Below, piece after piece: positions 24,701 through 37,960 of a stretch of DNA of 64,000 bases. Position numbers and translations under genes: made by a program. The notes beneath the pieces are model-generated. The model was not told where the DNA came from. It was given only the letters and a program-made list of their open reading frames with translations, and searched no databases. How positions within the stretch are numbered: the first letter of the stretch is position 1; every line of letters begins with the position of its first letter. Origin of the DNA: Eutreptiella sp. 'Long Island Sound 2002' (lineage: Eukaryota; Protista; Euglenida); assembly GCA_964036045.1 (NCBI GenBank), contig OZ038378.1, positions 17,422,001-17,486,000 on the forward strand, in the 5' to 3' direction.

Positions 24701-25798
24701 TGCTTGGGCCCCACTAGCTCCTACTGAATTGACCGAAAGATTCAGGGTCAGAGTATGCAACAAGGGGGCCTCCTTCAGTGCTGCAAGTGCTTGGGCCCCA
24801 CTAGCTCCTACTGAATTGACCGAAACATCAAGGGTCAGAGTATGCAACAAGGGGGCCTCCTTCAGTGCTGCAAGTGCTCGGGCCCCACTGTCTCCCACTA
24901 AATTGTACTGAAGATTCAGGGTCAGAGTATGCAACAAGGGGGTCTCCTTCAGTGCTGCAAGTGCTTGGGCCCCACTAGCTCCTACTGAATTGACCGAAAC
25001 ATCAAGGGTCAGAGTATGCAACAAGGGGGCCTCCTTCAGTGCTGCAAGTGCTTGTGCCCCACTGTCTCCTACTGAATTGACCGAAACATCAAGGGTCAGA
25101 GTATGCAGCAAGGGGGCCTCCTTCAGTGCTGCAAGTGCTTGGGCCCCACTAGCTCCTACTAAATTGTCCGAAAGATTCAGGGTCAGAGTATGCAACAAGG
25201 GGGCCTCCTTGAGTGCTGCAAGTGCTTGGGCCCCACTGTCTCCTACTGAATTTTCCTGAAGATCAAGGGTCAGAGTATGCAACAATGGGGCCTTCTTCAG
25301 CGCTGCAAGTGCTTGGGCCCCACTGGCTCCTACTGCATTGACCGAAAGATCAAGGGTCAGAGTATGCAGCGATGGGGCCTCCTTCAGTGCTGCAAGTGCT
25401 TGTGCCCCACTGTCTCCTACTGAATTGTTCTGAAGATTCAGGGTCAGAGTATGCAGCAAGGGGGCCTCCTTCAGTGCTGCAAGTGCCTGAACCGCACTGT
25501 CTTCTACTGAATTGTCCGAAAGATCAAGGGTCAGAGTATGCAACAAGGGGGCCTCCTTCAGTGCTGCAAGTGCTTGGGCCCCACTGGCTCCGACAGAGGG
25601 CACTAGAAAATGTAGTGCTCGTACATTCCCTATCAGTCCCTCCATACACGGCACAATCTGCTCTGCCCCACAATTGATCTTCACATAACGATGGCTCCCA
25701 AGTACTTTCCTCAGCCTCTTGCACACTTGACTCAGTGACTCTGCCTGCAGAAACTCTGCAATGGCATCCCATACTTCCTCAGGCAATGGAGGTATCAT
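21705..25798 (-). CDS. F-box / ribonuclease-inhibitor-like LRR protein, intronless; first ORF 23444-25798, array continues through paired frameshifts
   Basis: N-terminal F-box pattern LPEEVWDAIAEFL...LSQVCKRLRKVL, followed by about 45 tandem 29-aa (87-bp) LRRs LHTLTLNLSxNSVGxSGAQALAALKEAPL. ORFs 23444-25798, 21878-23371 and 21509-21805 are all in the same frame. Confidence 0.88.
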
Positions 25799-26414
25799 TT
25801 TGAGCCTGCAGGGAAACAGAATAAACAGAAGGTTTGGAAACTAGCCACACAGCACCTAAGCATAGCTTGAGCAAAGATGCTATGACTTGCCTGTAAAACT
25901 GATGGCCCAAAACCCTTCGATTCAGGTCCGCTGCCAGCAGTGACTAGCTTTGCTATGACTGCTTTGCACCTGCTGGTGCACATGCACATCCTGGTATGCA
26001 TGTGCAATAATGTCCAACAGGTCTCACAGCTGGCACATAGAAAGCTCCATCCAGATCACTGCTGTATGTAAGGCTTTCTCTTTGCAACGGCTATTTCCTC
26101 TGATTAGCCATGTGTTGTGAGCCACGACAGCTGACCTGCATTCTACTATGTGTTACCTGTTGGGCAGTCCCAACAGACCCTACTCATGGCTGGCCAGCAC
26201 GCCGTGAGAGTCGGAAACTGTGTTGCGAAATACGGTGCGGCACATATGATACCGACAGCGGGCACAAAAAGCATCTTGTAAGCACACAAGACACCAAGAG
26301 TCTCTGTCCGCAAAAATGATGCAATGCAGATGATGGATGGATTGAATGTGAGAACCGAGAGATGCAGCGGGTGGGCGGTGGTACTTGGTAAGCAGGCATT
26401 GTATATGGGACATT

Positions 26415-26850
26415 GTATACAGACATAAGATAAACACCGGAAATGCAACATTCACTGTACACATATCCCGGTATGGGCGTAATAGATCATACATCCTCAT
26501 CCCCGTTTCAACCCGGGTGTTGACGTTTTCGGGCAGGATAGAAAGGACGAACACAAGAAGAAGAAGGAGGAGGAAGAATGAATTGCAATCACCAAGCCAC
26601 ATGCCAGCGAGCCTGCTACTTCAATTGCTACTCCCATTACGGAAATCTGTGTGTATGCTTGATGGGATTCCTGATGGCCCAACGCCACCGGACGAACGTA
26701 ACCACTCTGCTACGAGGTGGGTAAGTGGTGCATGGCCCAGTGTATACCCACTTCTCGTCGGCTGCGGCGGTCCCTCCATTGGACTAAGTAGAGTATGCAA
26801 AGTAAAGAATGATCGTATCGTGCGGTCGCCATATCGTTAACCATTGCATG
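26415..26850. repeat. Dispersed third copy of the 412-750 / 1560-1797 repeat
   Basis: Near-identical DNA to 412-735 (cataagataaacaccggaaatgcaac...), continuing into sequence that matches copy B (gtccctccattggactaagtagag...gttaaccattgcatgc). Confidence 0.85.
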
Positions 26851-27499
26851 CTCACAAGTATCATCTAAGGAGGTATGCGGGCATTCGACGCGCGCTCTGT
26901 CTCTTTCTTTGGTTTGTCTCCCAAGCATTGCTTCATGTCCTATGTCTACCGGTTTGCTTGTTTGATCACTGAATGACTGGCCACACAACAAATGAATGAA
27001 AGAATATTAACATAGCATTCCATGAGCAAGCTGCATGCAGCAACCCAGCAATCCTGTATTGGTATACATACACCCCAATCTTGCAGATTTGAAACCAAGC
27101 CGCTCATCTTGTCATCCTCCAGCCAAAGAGCACTTTGCAACCCGTTGACTTGAAGCAACCTCACCCACCTCACAGGCCCCAAACCCTCTCATCCAAATCC
27201 AGCACAGTGCACCATCAGCATAGATCTTGGTTTAGAGCCACTGGAACTTAGTGGTGTATTCTAGCCCCCCATGACAGAAGTTAGCCTACAGCCGTAACCG
27301 GAAGAAAATGTCTCCTGAGGACACTCAGGCCCTGTTGCCCCCCGCCAACCCCCCCCCCCCCCATTTGATAGCACTAGTTGTGTTGCACGCTTGTACATTA
27401 TTTAGCACAGGTTATTGTCGAAGCTTCCTTGTGAAACTTACTCTTCCTTGGTCACATGTTGTGGGTCAACATGTACCAAATATGTAGTGAACTGGACTG

Positions 27500-27990
27500 A
27501 GTGGACCGTTGCAATCTCGGGGGGCCATGTGCATAGTGGCTACATGACCCCTGTGTGGTCAGCCGTCTCAGGGATCCCCAACACTTAGTGCGGGGCCGAA
27601 AATCAGAAATGGCTACTTCACCCTTGTCGTCTCGAGGGCCCACATGTGGACTTAGTGGCTACATCACCCCTACCATCTGGCGGGTCCCCAACGCTCTGCA
27701 CGGGGACAAAAATCACAAATGGCTACCCCACCCCTACCGTCTCAAGGGCCAACATTTGGGCAAGTGGCTACTTCACCCCTACCATAGGGGGGTTCCCCAA
27801 CGCTTAGCGCGCGGACGAAAATTACAAATGGCTACCTCAATCCTGCCGCCTAGGGGGCCCATGTGTGGACTAAGTGGCTTACATCACCCCTACCATCTGG
27901 GGGGTCCAAATGCTCTGCACGGGGACGAAAATCACAAATGGCTACCTCACCCCTCCCATCTAAGGGGCCCATGTGTGGGCAAAGTGGTTA
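27500..27990. repeat. Degenerate minisatellite, about 45-65 bp TGGCTAC-initiated monomers in a roughly 220-bp higher-order unit
   Basis: Recurrent tggctac(a/t/c)tcacccctaccatct. Best-matching copies are at about 27656 and 27875. Confidence 0.75.
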
Positions 27991-28907
27991 CATCACTCTT
28001 GTTGCCGTTTTGGGAGGCAAAGCGGTGGAAAATTTTTTGGTTGGAAATCTTTTTTGGTTGAAAAGTGTGGGGCAAAAATTAACACACATTGCCATTTCCC
28101 CCCATTTTCACCCCGTTCCCCCCATTTTTCCTTGCTGCTGAAATGGGGAAAATCCGGATTGCCCACCCCACCCCTCCCCTCAGACCCTTCAACAGAGAGA
28201 TATGGGGTTTTTGCCCTAAGGATTTGCCATTTTTCCATCAAAAACGCAAAAAAAAATCCCATTTCCCCCCAATTTTCCTGCCTTTCCAATTTCCAAAATA
28301 GTGCACTCACAACGTTCTCGTAGCCAGGTGCTTCTTGGCCCTGTTTTTGTAGATGTCTTGCAGATTTGGGGCAATGTTTTACCGGGGCAATGTTTTACCT
28401 CAACAATGTAGGCCGTGGGAAACATTCTGCAAAAAAAAATTGCAAGCGCTGGCAGAATGTCAATAATGCAGGGGAGCCACACTCACTTCTTGTGCCATTT
28501 GATGTCCTAAGGTATTTCAACAACAGGTGTCCCCTTGCAGACAACTGCTTGCCTTGCACTGCATTGGGTACGAACCCATCACACACAACTCCCCAAAACC
28601 AAAATCATGCAACCAACCCTGTCAAGCGTCCGGCTTCGGACAATGCAAGCACAGAGGGAAGTGTGGGGCACTGCCGTTACCACCACCAAGCCCGTTATTC
28701 CAGGGATTGAGATGTCTTCTTCAACCCAAACTATGCACCATGCACTTTGCATTTGGAAGGTGGCAGTGAGTGTGGACACTACACTACCCGACATAACCAC
28801 CAATGTCTTGATATGGGATCACATGGACCCCATGGGGCAAAGGACCCCTGGTTCTGAAACCTGAGTTTCAGGGGGCCTGCAGGATGCCTCGGTGGAGTAT
28901 GTGGAGT

Positions 28908-29331
28908 CAGGGGTTGCCATAATGAAGAAAAAAAAAAAACTCGGAGTGTCCAATACGCCCTATGATGGCGGCCGGTGGGTAACCGATGGCGGTTGGTGGG
29001 TAACCGATGGCGGTTGGTGGGTAACCGATGGCGGTTGGTGGGTAACCGATGGCGGTTGGTGGGTAACCGATGGCGGTTGGTGGGTAACCGATGGCGGTTG
29101 GTGGGTAATTGATGGCGGTTGGTGGGTAACCGATGGCGGTTGGTGTGTAACCGATGGCGGTTGGTGGGTAATTGATGGCGGTTGGTGGGTAACCGATGGC
29201 GGTTGGTGTGTAACCGATGGCGGTTGGTGGGTAACCGATGGCGGTTGGTGGGTAGCCACCAAACATCAGAGAGTGGCTGCCTTAGTAAAATAAAAAAAAA
29301 AAAAGGCTGAGCGTCCTTATGGCAACCCCTG
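28908..29331. mobile_element. hAT-type MITE, family 1, copy b
   Basis: Same 14-bp TIR as 15323-15611, perfect 8-bp TSD TGTGGAGT, and 14 internal 21-bp units. Confidence 0.92.
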
Positions 29332-31783
29332 TGTGGAGTATGAAACAAGGCTTGCCATTACTGAGTGCCGATGTCTCTTGTCGCTGAATTACTGAAATTG
29401 CAGAACTACCTCCCACACAACGGCATCCAAATGCTCACCATCGTATCAATCAATGGTGCATGGGCTTGCGTGGCAGTATTTCCAGACACTGTTGGCAGCT
29501 TGCCTTCCGGCATTTTCTAGGGCAGCATGGTCATGTGCCCCAGATACCGAATTTCTTGGTGGCACGTCGGTCTCGCACATCACAGTCCCTCAGGCGTGCA
29601 CTTGCGGACCATGCGCACACTGCACCAGCCTGTTGAGGGCCATCATTGGAGGTGCGTGCACGCTGGGCCCGGGCTGCGCAGAAAGTAGCCCAGAACCCCG
29701 AATCTTAGAAACCAAACGAGGGTTTTCACGGTCGTGTGTCTCTAACCTTGTTCATCATCGGGAGCATGCCTCGTGTGGGTCACATTCTGTGATGGGCCTG
29801 CCGCGTTGTCCCCCATACGCCTTGCATGGGCTGCTGCTCAGTGCATTCTGGACTTCACAGTTCCTCAGTTTTCAAGTGAATTGATGCGTGGAATGCACAA
29901 TAGCCTTGGGGGTGTTTCTGCACAGCGTGCGCACAGCGCCAAATAGTAATTCAACCTTCCCATGACCACCTGAAATCCACCCACCTGTGGGCAGCACACG
30001 TGCACATGGCAAAAACAGCAAAAATCCTCATGGGACCCCAGCCAAATGTCACGCACAACCCTCGAAGACCAAAAGCGCGCAAACAAATGTTCCACCCATG
30101 CTCTATAATACCAATGAAGACCATTAGAGGTCTTTGCCAGACAGCCCATGTCTAGCGGCCAATGAAAGGGACGTGGGAATGCAACCTTTTCTGAAGTGCA
30201 TCATCATGTAAACCCACCTCAAACTCAATGAAAGATCCTTTGGTGCGTTGTGGCCCATACGTGTCGCATATCTTAACACCGGCACTTGTACCGCGCAATA
30301 CCGGGCATACCCACACAACTAAATTATCCACTGCCGCAGTGACCTTCCAGAAATAGCCTACTTTTTGCACAGTGCCCGCACAGCGGACGGACGCCCCCCT
30401 TACCCAAGACAGCAGTTGTATGCACCTGGGCCATATTTTGGGGCGTTTCTGCACAGAGTGTGCACAGCACCCAATAGTAAGTGAGCTTTCCCATATCCAC
30501 CCTGACAGCAATCTGGCATTGTCAGTTTGAAACATAAATTGTTGTAATTCGTTCTCCGAAGTTTTGGACTGGGTAAGAATCTGGAGCAGTCCTGTGTGTA
30601 GCAGCGCAGTGGTTACCGCGGTCACCTTGGCCAGGGAAAACGGGTCCAAAACAGATAGCTTTTCACACAGCGCGCGGAGCGCCCCTTTGAAGCAGGGCCA
30701 CACTCCAAATTCCGGATGCTTAAAAGCAGGAAGTTCAACTGGATGCAGCAACACTCAAGGCATTCGTTGTACTGAGGTGCACCACCGCCGAAGTGACGTA
30801 CAGCGGTCCACGAACAACAACAAATGTGTCAGAGTTCCCAAGCTCATGTTAATGGTCAGTGAGTCAGCCGTACATATTTACATCCACCCAGCCCTCATCC
30901 AAGATACGGCCAGGTCCCAATCAATATGGTACATGAACCACCGGCATCCTCAACAGGCCGGATCTTGTGCTTGACACATGAACAATGCAATGACCACCAT
31001 GAGCCACAGAATGCACAGCGTCCCTTCGCCCAGAATATTGGCACACGTAAAAGAGCCCCGTTGTCATGTGCCAAGCCCGGGCCAGCCCATCGACCGCATC
31101 TCACCCACCCTTTGGCCCGGCTCCAGTAGTTACAGGAGTTGCAATGCGGGCGCAGCTCCAAAGCAACGCCTCCCAGCAACCTGTCCATCCGTTAACAGTC
31201 GCAGAGTGTTAGAGGTCATCTCTGCTTGGGTATGCTTATTTACAAAAGGAAAATTCTGTGTTGTCTCTGCATGAGCTAGAGCCTACCCGTTGCCCCTCGC
31301 CCCCTGTGTCGAGCGAACAATAAAGTCCCCGCATAACACAGTCCGAACACCAAGTGTTCCGTTGAACGTGCTGTCCACCAAGTGTTCCGTTGAACGCGCT
31401 GTTCGGTGCGCGCGCAACGGCAGGTAACTCGCATAACACCTCCGTAAGCACAAGATGCCCAGCCTTTACCAAAAAAAAGCACAAACAGGATTCCAACCCC
31501 AGCCATTTGCCGAAAACATGTGGGACGCTGCAGTTGCATCGGACACGTCGGGCACATCTGCCATTGGCCTGTTGAATCGCATGGCACTGGATCCCGAGGA
31601 ATGCGCTGGGGATCTCGCAGACAAGGCCAACAGTGGGTCAGGGACCGGAATCATGAGGGCAGCTGGAGGGCAGGTGAACAGGGCCGATGAAGCCGGGAGG
31701 GTTGGGGGTCACTGTGTCATGGGCCATGCACAGGGCAAGGGCTGCAGGGCAGAGCTGATGCAGAAGGCAGGGATGGAGGGCAC

Positions 31784-32132
31784 CAGGGCTGTCCTTAAGG
31801 AAGACAAAAAAAGAAAGGGGTCAGTAACGCAAATAGAAACGAACGTTCACCGGGACGCTCTCTGCTTCAAGGTCAAAACATGGGCAAGACACAAAACCAC
31901 AGAAACAGTATTGAACAATGGTTGGCGATTGGCGGCGGTTGGTGGTTGGCGGTTGGCGGCGGATGGCAGTCGGCAATTAGTGGGTGGTGGCGGTTGGCGG
32001 TTGGCAGTTGGCAGTTGGTGGCAGTTGGTGGCAGTTAGTGGTGGTTGGCGGTTGGCAGTTGGCGGTCCTTGAGGGCTGTCCTTAAGGGCAGTCCCTAACA
32101 AAAAAAAAATGGGGTTCTTTAGGACAGCCCTG
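31784..32132. mobile_element. hAT-type MITE, family 2, older copy
   Basis: TIR CAGGGCTGTCCT(T)AA(G)G, internal GGCGGTT/GGCAGTT repeats, and a degenerate 8-bp TSD (GAGGGCAC/TCGGGCAT, 5 of 8). Confidence 0.75.
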
Positions 32133-33902
32133 TCGGGCATGAGGGTTAGAGCTGATGCGCAGAGCAGCGCTAAGGGTTTGGATGGTGCAGAGGCTGATGC
32201 ACCACATATCAGGACCACCCCCTTTGTTCTGTCTCCGGTCCAAAGTCCTCCCGCCCCTGGGCAAGCACAGCCCAGGGGCGGGTGCACGACAGTCAGAAGA
32301 AGGGGGGTGTCGTGCTTAAGACAGGGGTGCGTACACACAGCCCATGGCACGACACGACAGTCAGCAACCGCATACCTGCCACCAACCCCAGACCCCCGTA
32401 CTCGGGGGGGGGGGGGGGGGGACTGCCCGGGTCCGCTGTGTACATTCCCCACACACACAATGTCGCACAGTGCAGTAGCTGGGCCGGGCCAGCACCAACG
32501 GCAAGTGGCCACACACCCTTTCCCTAATGGTCCCCTGATAACGTTGGCGCTCAGTGAAGAAAATTGCGGTCAATAATTCCCGGCATTGGGCGGTGATGTG
32601 GAGTCCTGCTGTTTGTAATTTGGGAAGTGGAGGGTCATTGCTAGGGTACCGGATTAGAGTCCAGTGTGACTGATCCTCAAGCGAAGGTGTCATTGCATTG
32701 CAGGAGACTACGTGAGCTTCACCATCAACATAAGGCCGTTAGGAGTGGCACTGCGCAGTGCATATGCAAGGGGTAGACCAAGCAGGTAGTGAACAGAGAC
32801 AGCTCCCCAGGTAAAGCTGGGACACATGCCAAATGTGGAGCCCTCGTTTGTACTATATGCCCTACTTCTTGAACCAGGCGGTTGCCTGAGAGCTCACATT
32901 ACACTCTTTGAACTTGTTGAGCCTGAAGAAAAAAAAAGATTGGCACCATGAAGTGTTTTTACTGCCCACAAAAAGACGCGTCTGTGGTCCTCTGAGATCC
33001 ATTGTACCCCGATGATCAAATTTTTCTGCGGGACAGGTACCCTGATGCTGGTCAGGGGGCAGTTTGTGACGTGTGTGTTCGCTCTGCACGCCCCAGTGTG
33101 TTCTTCAGCCGCCATTCTTCCAGCACCTCATCGTCAGCCCCCCAATCAGTGGATTCTCGGCTGCAGGTGCCTTCGGGTCCTCTAGTTGTGTCTGGTGCGG
33201 CCACGTCTTTGGCCACAGAGTCAGTGGAAGCCTGTGTGCATTCATCTTCTTCAGGTAAGCTTTGTTTGTGCAGTGAAAACCATTTTTCTCCTCAGGACAA
33301 GTGACAAAAGTGCAAAAAACAATGGGTCCTGGCATTGAACCGATTTGTGGGGTTTCTGTGATTTGGCCGTTTTGTTTTGCTGACTTGTTGGGGCTTCTGG
33401 CTTCTGCACCACCGCCGATTAATTTTTAGACCAGGGTATATACCAATGGACCACTGGCTGACACTGACATACATTGTCCTCAGGGAGCATGTGCAGACCG
33501 AGAGAAGATATTTCTTTTTTGAAAATTGAGAGATATTTTGGGTTACCACATGACACCAACTACAAGGCAACCGAAAGGAAGGTGTGTTTGGAGCCTCGGA
33601 CTAAGATCCAGGGCACTGGGAACCCGTTTTGCTGAAAAATTGGTCCGCCGATTTGTTCGCCGATTTGTTGGGACTTCTTCGCCGATTTGGGGGGGCGGAT
33701 TGCATCACATGCACGTTGGCTGTCCACGATGCTTGTTGGTGGAGGTTGGCTGGGCACCGATCCTTCGAAGCCACTTTGCAATTCGGCTTTCCCGTGTATG
33801 AATGTAGGTCCATGCTGGAACCATCGACACTCCCCTTGCCATACATGTCTGGCCCAGGTGACGTCATTGTTCTACTATTTGTCTCCTTGTGACCCCCTAC
33901 AG

Positions 33903-34352
33903 CAGGGCGGTCCTTAAGGGACCGGATTTTTTTTTTCTTGCTAAGGACCACCCTTAAGGACCGCCCCAAGGGACCGCCAACCGCCAACTCCCATCAACCA
34001 CCAACCGCCAACCACCAACCACCAGCCACCAGCCGCCAACCACCAACCGCCACCAATCGCCAGCCACCAACCGCCGCCAACCGCCAGCGGCGACCAACCG
34101 CCAACTGCCAACCACTGCCAACCGCCACCAACCACCAATCACCAACCACCAACCGCCGCCAACCACCACCAACCGCCACCAACCGCCAGTTGCCAACTGC
34201 CAACCGCCAACTGCCAACCGCCAACCGCCAACCGCCGCCAACCGCCAACCGCTAACCGCCACCAACCATGGTTGAGCACATGGAGTGCCCGCAGGCTTTA
34301 TTGGGAAAACTGGTTCCGGAACGCTTTTTTTTTCCCGTTAAGGACCACCCTG
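33903..34352. mobile_element. hAT-type MITE, family 2
   Basis: TIR CAGGG(C/T)GGTCCTTAA, perfect 8-bp TSD CCCTACAG, and internal AACCGCC repeats. Opposite orientation to the 31784 copy. Confidence 0.9.
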
Positions 34353-35688
34353 CCCTACAGCGCAACAGTGAGGCCATTGCTCCGTATTGTCCCTCCATGC
34401 TGCAATATGTGATATACACATGTGTGTGTACTGCAGCAGCGATACCCATGTGCTTCGCCGACTCCTACTATTCTGTGGAACTGCACACGGCATGGGCATG
34501 TGGCAATAATTCTCATTATTGCAAGACAAGCCCGCTACTTGTCAACAATCCTTGGCATGAAGCTTCCACTTGTTGAAGAAAAATCTCTCATGTCTTCTGA
34601 TATTGCCACTGCCCACCGCAAACACATTTGCAGTCCAAACTTCAAATTTGAACAACTGTGGCATACCCTAGTTAAACAAGTATCAATCATTCCAATGTGC
34701 CTTCTTTGCCATGCACAACAGCTAACGACATAATGCATTGGCTGTTCCAAGGGTGGAGGTCAGGGTGCCTGCAGTGAACACCAGACAGAACAGACCAGAG
34801 ACAACACAGTACGGAACAGCCAGCTGGCAGAGCACCAGCGAACCTCAGTGGGATGGCAAAGCTAATCACCCAGGCCCCGAGGCCTAAGTCGTTGCACGCC
34901 GTGCATCAAAGCGAAATGATAGGGATTCGCACACCCACCACAGAGCCCCTCTTCAACAAAGATAGGGTGGCCATATTGCAAATCCTGCAGCACCAGCATG
35001 CGCATATGTCGGAAAATGTGAGGCAGGCAAAAAGTCTTTGAGTGGTTGTATCCAAGAAGGAAGACATTATGTGTGCCGGGAAAAGGTCAGCCATCCGCTG
35101 GCCTTCACAGCACCCATGGGGCCCAACTACCTGCTGCAAGTAGAGAGCGCCGGCAATAGAATTGGGAGCAAAGTGTGGTTGGGCCCAAGAGAACGAAGAG
35201 CCCAATAGTGGAGACACACGCAAAGTGTTCCAATATCATGAACAGAAGGGTTGGCAGACATTATACATAGATGTGTCATCAAAGAAGCTGCATACTAGGG
35301 GGGTGTTGCTTGATCCGTGCGCGCACCGTGCATGCACCGTGCGACAACTCCCCCTAGAGGGTTGTGATGTGTTGGAGGAGGAGCAATCCAAGTCTTGGCC
35401 TACCACCATATGTTCCACATGGCACGACGGGGGAGCGGCGCCCCGGATCTTTGTGGAAGGGGGGGATTTCTTGGGGGTGGTAAAGGACGGGGGTAGGGAT
35501 TGGGTTCGGGGTCGGAGATGGCTACACACCCGAAAGCATTGTTGGAGGACTCGTCCACGGGTGGGAAGACACATTTGTGGTAAAGGGACTGTGGGAACAG
35601 TTTGGGATGGCAGAGTTGCAGTTGCTGAAATTGCTGAAATTGTCAAGTAGGGGGTCGGAGTCCCTCAACAGTGGTGACACTGGAGGTA

Positions 35689-36432
35689 CCCCCCCCCCCC
35701 TGTCCATCCCCCCCCCGTGTCCATCCCCCCCGGGGGGGGAACCGTCACCGGCTGGTTCCAAAAAAAAATGCAACAGTGTCATATTGCACAGGATTGCATA
35801 ATTGTGAGAGCCCGTTGTTAGAGCTTATGCGCACCTCCTTTGTGCTAACCCATTGCACTCCTCAGACCTCTCAAAATGTTCCCTGAAGGCACTATTGTGC
35901 GCTATGTTCGTGCCACAAAGGAGCCTGTGCTGGCTGTTGTGCAAGGCCCTTCTCCACATGGTGATCAGTACAGAACCATAACGTACACACGCGGTGCCAC
36001 AGAAGTTGTGCATGACCGCGCTTCCCTGAAACGTTTGACAGCCTGTTGCAGCCAGTTCATCCATCCCCAGGGTTGATGGGCAGCATGTGCAGCTGTTCAA
36101 GACTATGTGGGACCAGAAAAAGAAGTTTTACACTGTCCCTGTTCAGCAGTAGGGGCATGCAGCAAACTGATGGACTGATGCATTGTATTGAGAATTTTGC
36201 TTGTTTGCATCATTTGCATGGCACCATTCAATCTCTGTATGTCATTGTGTATTTAAGAGCCTTGGGCGACGTACAGCAAGCAACAGATCGGTCATAAGTT
36301 CTGCATAGTATGCGGCGGTAATTTGTTCGTTGGTGATGGTGTCTATCCCCCCCCGGCGGGGGGGGGGGGGGGGCGTCACTTGGCAACGGAACCGTCGTCC
36401 CTGGGGGGGGGATGGACATGGGGGGGGGAAGG
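35689..36432. mobile_element. TA-flanked non-autonomous TIR element carrying a small ORF
   Basis: Imperfect TIR (C)n-TGTCCATCCCCCCC after GGTA on the left and before TAC on the right. Encloses ORF 35876-36076. Confidence 0.6.
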
Positions 36433-37960
36433 TACAACCGATGATGACTAGTTTGGGTCTGTGTTGGAGGGCTATGGGCCTTCCGAAGTCTGACCTGCCT
36501 GGGAGGTCCTGAATTTGATAGGGGTCTAGGGGGGGGAAGAGCTCACACTAACCATTTGATGGCCACGGCAGAGTGGCGAACTCAAAGCAACATTTGGTAC
36601 TGATTTGGTTTGTGCTGCATGTGCACTAAGGCAAAGCAGTTGACAGAACTGAGGGAGTCTGGCATGAGGTCCGGAGAATGCTGGTTACCCCCCCTCCCCA
36701 TTGCGCAAGCACGGCCTTGTCTAAGCACGGGGTGGGCGTTGAACCGCTGTTTTTAGGTATTTTTGGGGACCACTGTTTTTGTGGTCCCAGATGTAACATG
36801 GGCTTGAAAAACAGTTTACCACACATTGCCACCCGATGATGTTTGTTTTGATGTGATTCTTAGCCATTCCTGCTATTTCCCTTCCACAGCCTATCGCCAT
36901 CTGCATCTGAGGGATCTCCTGGATGTGGGCGATCATGTGTGTTTGCCATCATGTGTGCCACACACAGGGACGGTCTTGTCTAAGCACCGGGTGGGCGTTG
37001 AACCGCTGTTTTGCCTGGTTTTTTGGGACCGTGGCCGTGCTTGCGCAAGGGGGGCGGGGGGGGCGGGGTACTTGATAAATCTGACGGCATGGCCCCACGA
37101 ACACGCCCATGTGCCTTGATGACGTTCTGACCTCAGTGTCCACGCCGTGGGTGCATTATGCCACAGAGCATGTTGTGCGTAAGTGCAGGAGGCACATTTT
37201 GTTTTCAGTTCAAAAGTGTGAGACTATGCCCACACCAGGGATTTGCTTAATGGGCGTCCTACGGGACAGGGGGGGGGGGTGTCTTGGAACTTTTGGGTGG
37301 GTGGGTGTCCAAACACCCCCCCCCCCGTGGGGGTGGGACAATTCTGGCTCCCTGGGTGTTATGATGCATGGAATGGCAGGTTGCTGTACAACCAACAACA
37401 ACTGTTGCAAAGCCAGCACCAACTTGGGAGACGTACAGGGATGCTATTGCAACAATTATTGACAGTGAATAGACTGCTCATCTGGCTTCAGAAATTTGCT
37501 GAAATCTGGTGCAGTGCTCGTGATCTGTGTCCGGCTTTGGTGGCTGCCTGGGTGGGTGGGTCCTCGGCTGTCAACCCCCCCCCCGCATGGGGGTGGGACA
37601 TTTTTGGGTCCTTGGGTTTTCCAAAATTTTGGGTGGGTGGGTCTTGAAATTCTCCCCCCCCCCACCGCCCCCCCCCCCCCCTCCCGTCACTAAGCAAATC
37701 TCTGGCCCACACACCGCGTCCCCTTCATGGGAAAACACCATGTCGGCGTGCACATTTGCTGGGTCCAGTGTAAGTAAAGGAGCATCCCCCCCCCCAAAGT
37801 ATAGCTCCGGTTCAGTTTACCTGAGCTACGTCTTGGGTCACCGGGTTTTGGTGGGTGGGTCCCTCCCGAAGAGCCCGTGCCCCATCTGAGCGCGCCCGGT
37901 CCGGAGGCCCGTTGTGCATCCCAAGCGCCCCCCTCCCCCTCAGGGCATGCTGCTGGCCGC

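Noticed and set aside
21700-25600. Regular 87-bp repeats as a CRISPR array
   Set aside because: The units are contiguous in-frame LRR codons with no unique spacers, there are no cas genes, and the context is eukaryotic.
28779-29348. ORFs with GYPPTAI / DGGWWVT repeats (also 15135-15621, 33938-34265, 31455-32072)
   Set aside because: Translations of MITE-internal minisatellites that are open in several frames.
34906-35110. Second F-box gene (LFPAHIMSSFLD...)
   Set aside because: Weak pattern followed by multiple stops; not supportable without a profile search.
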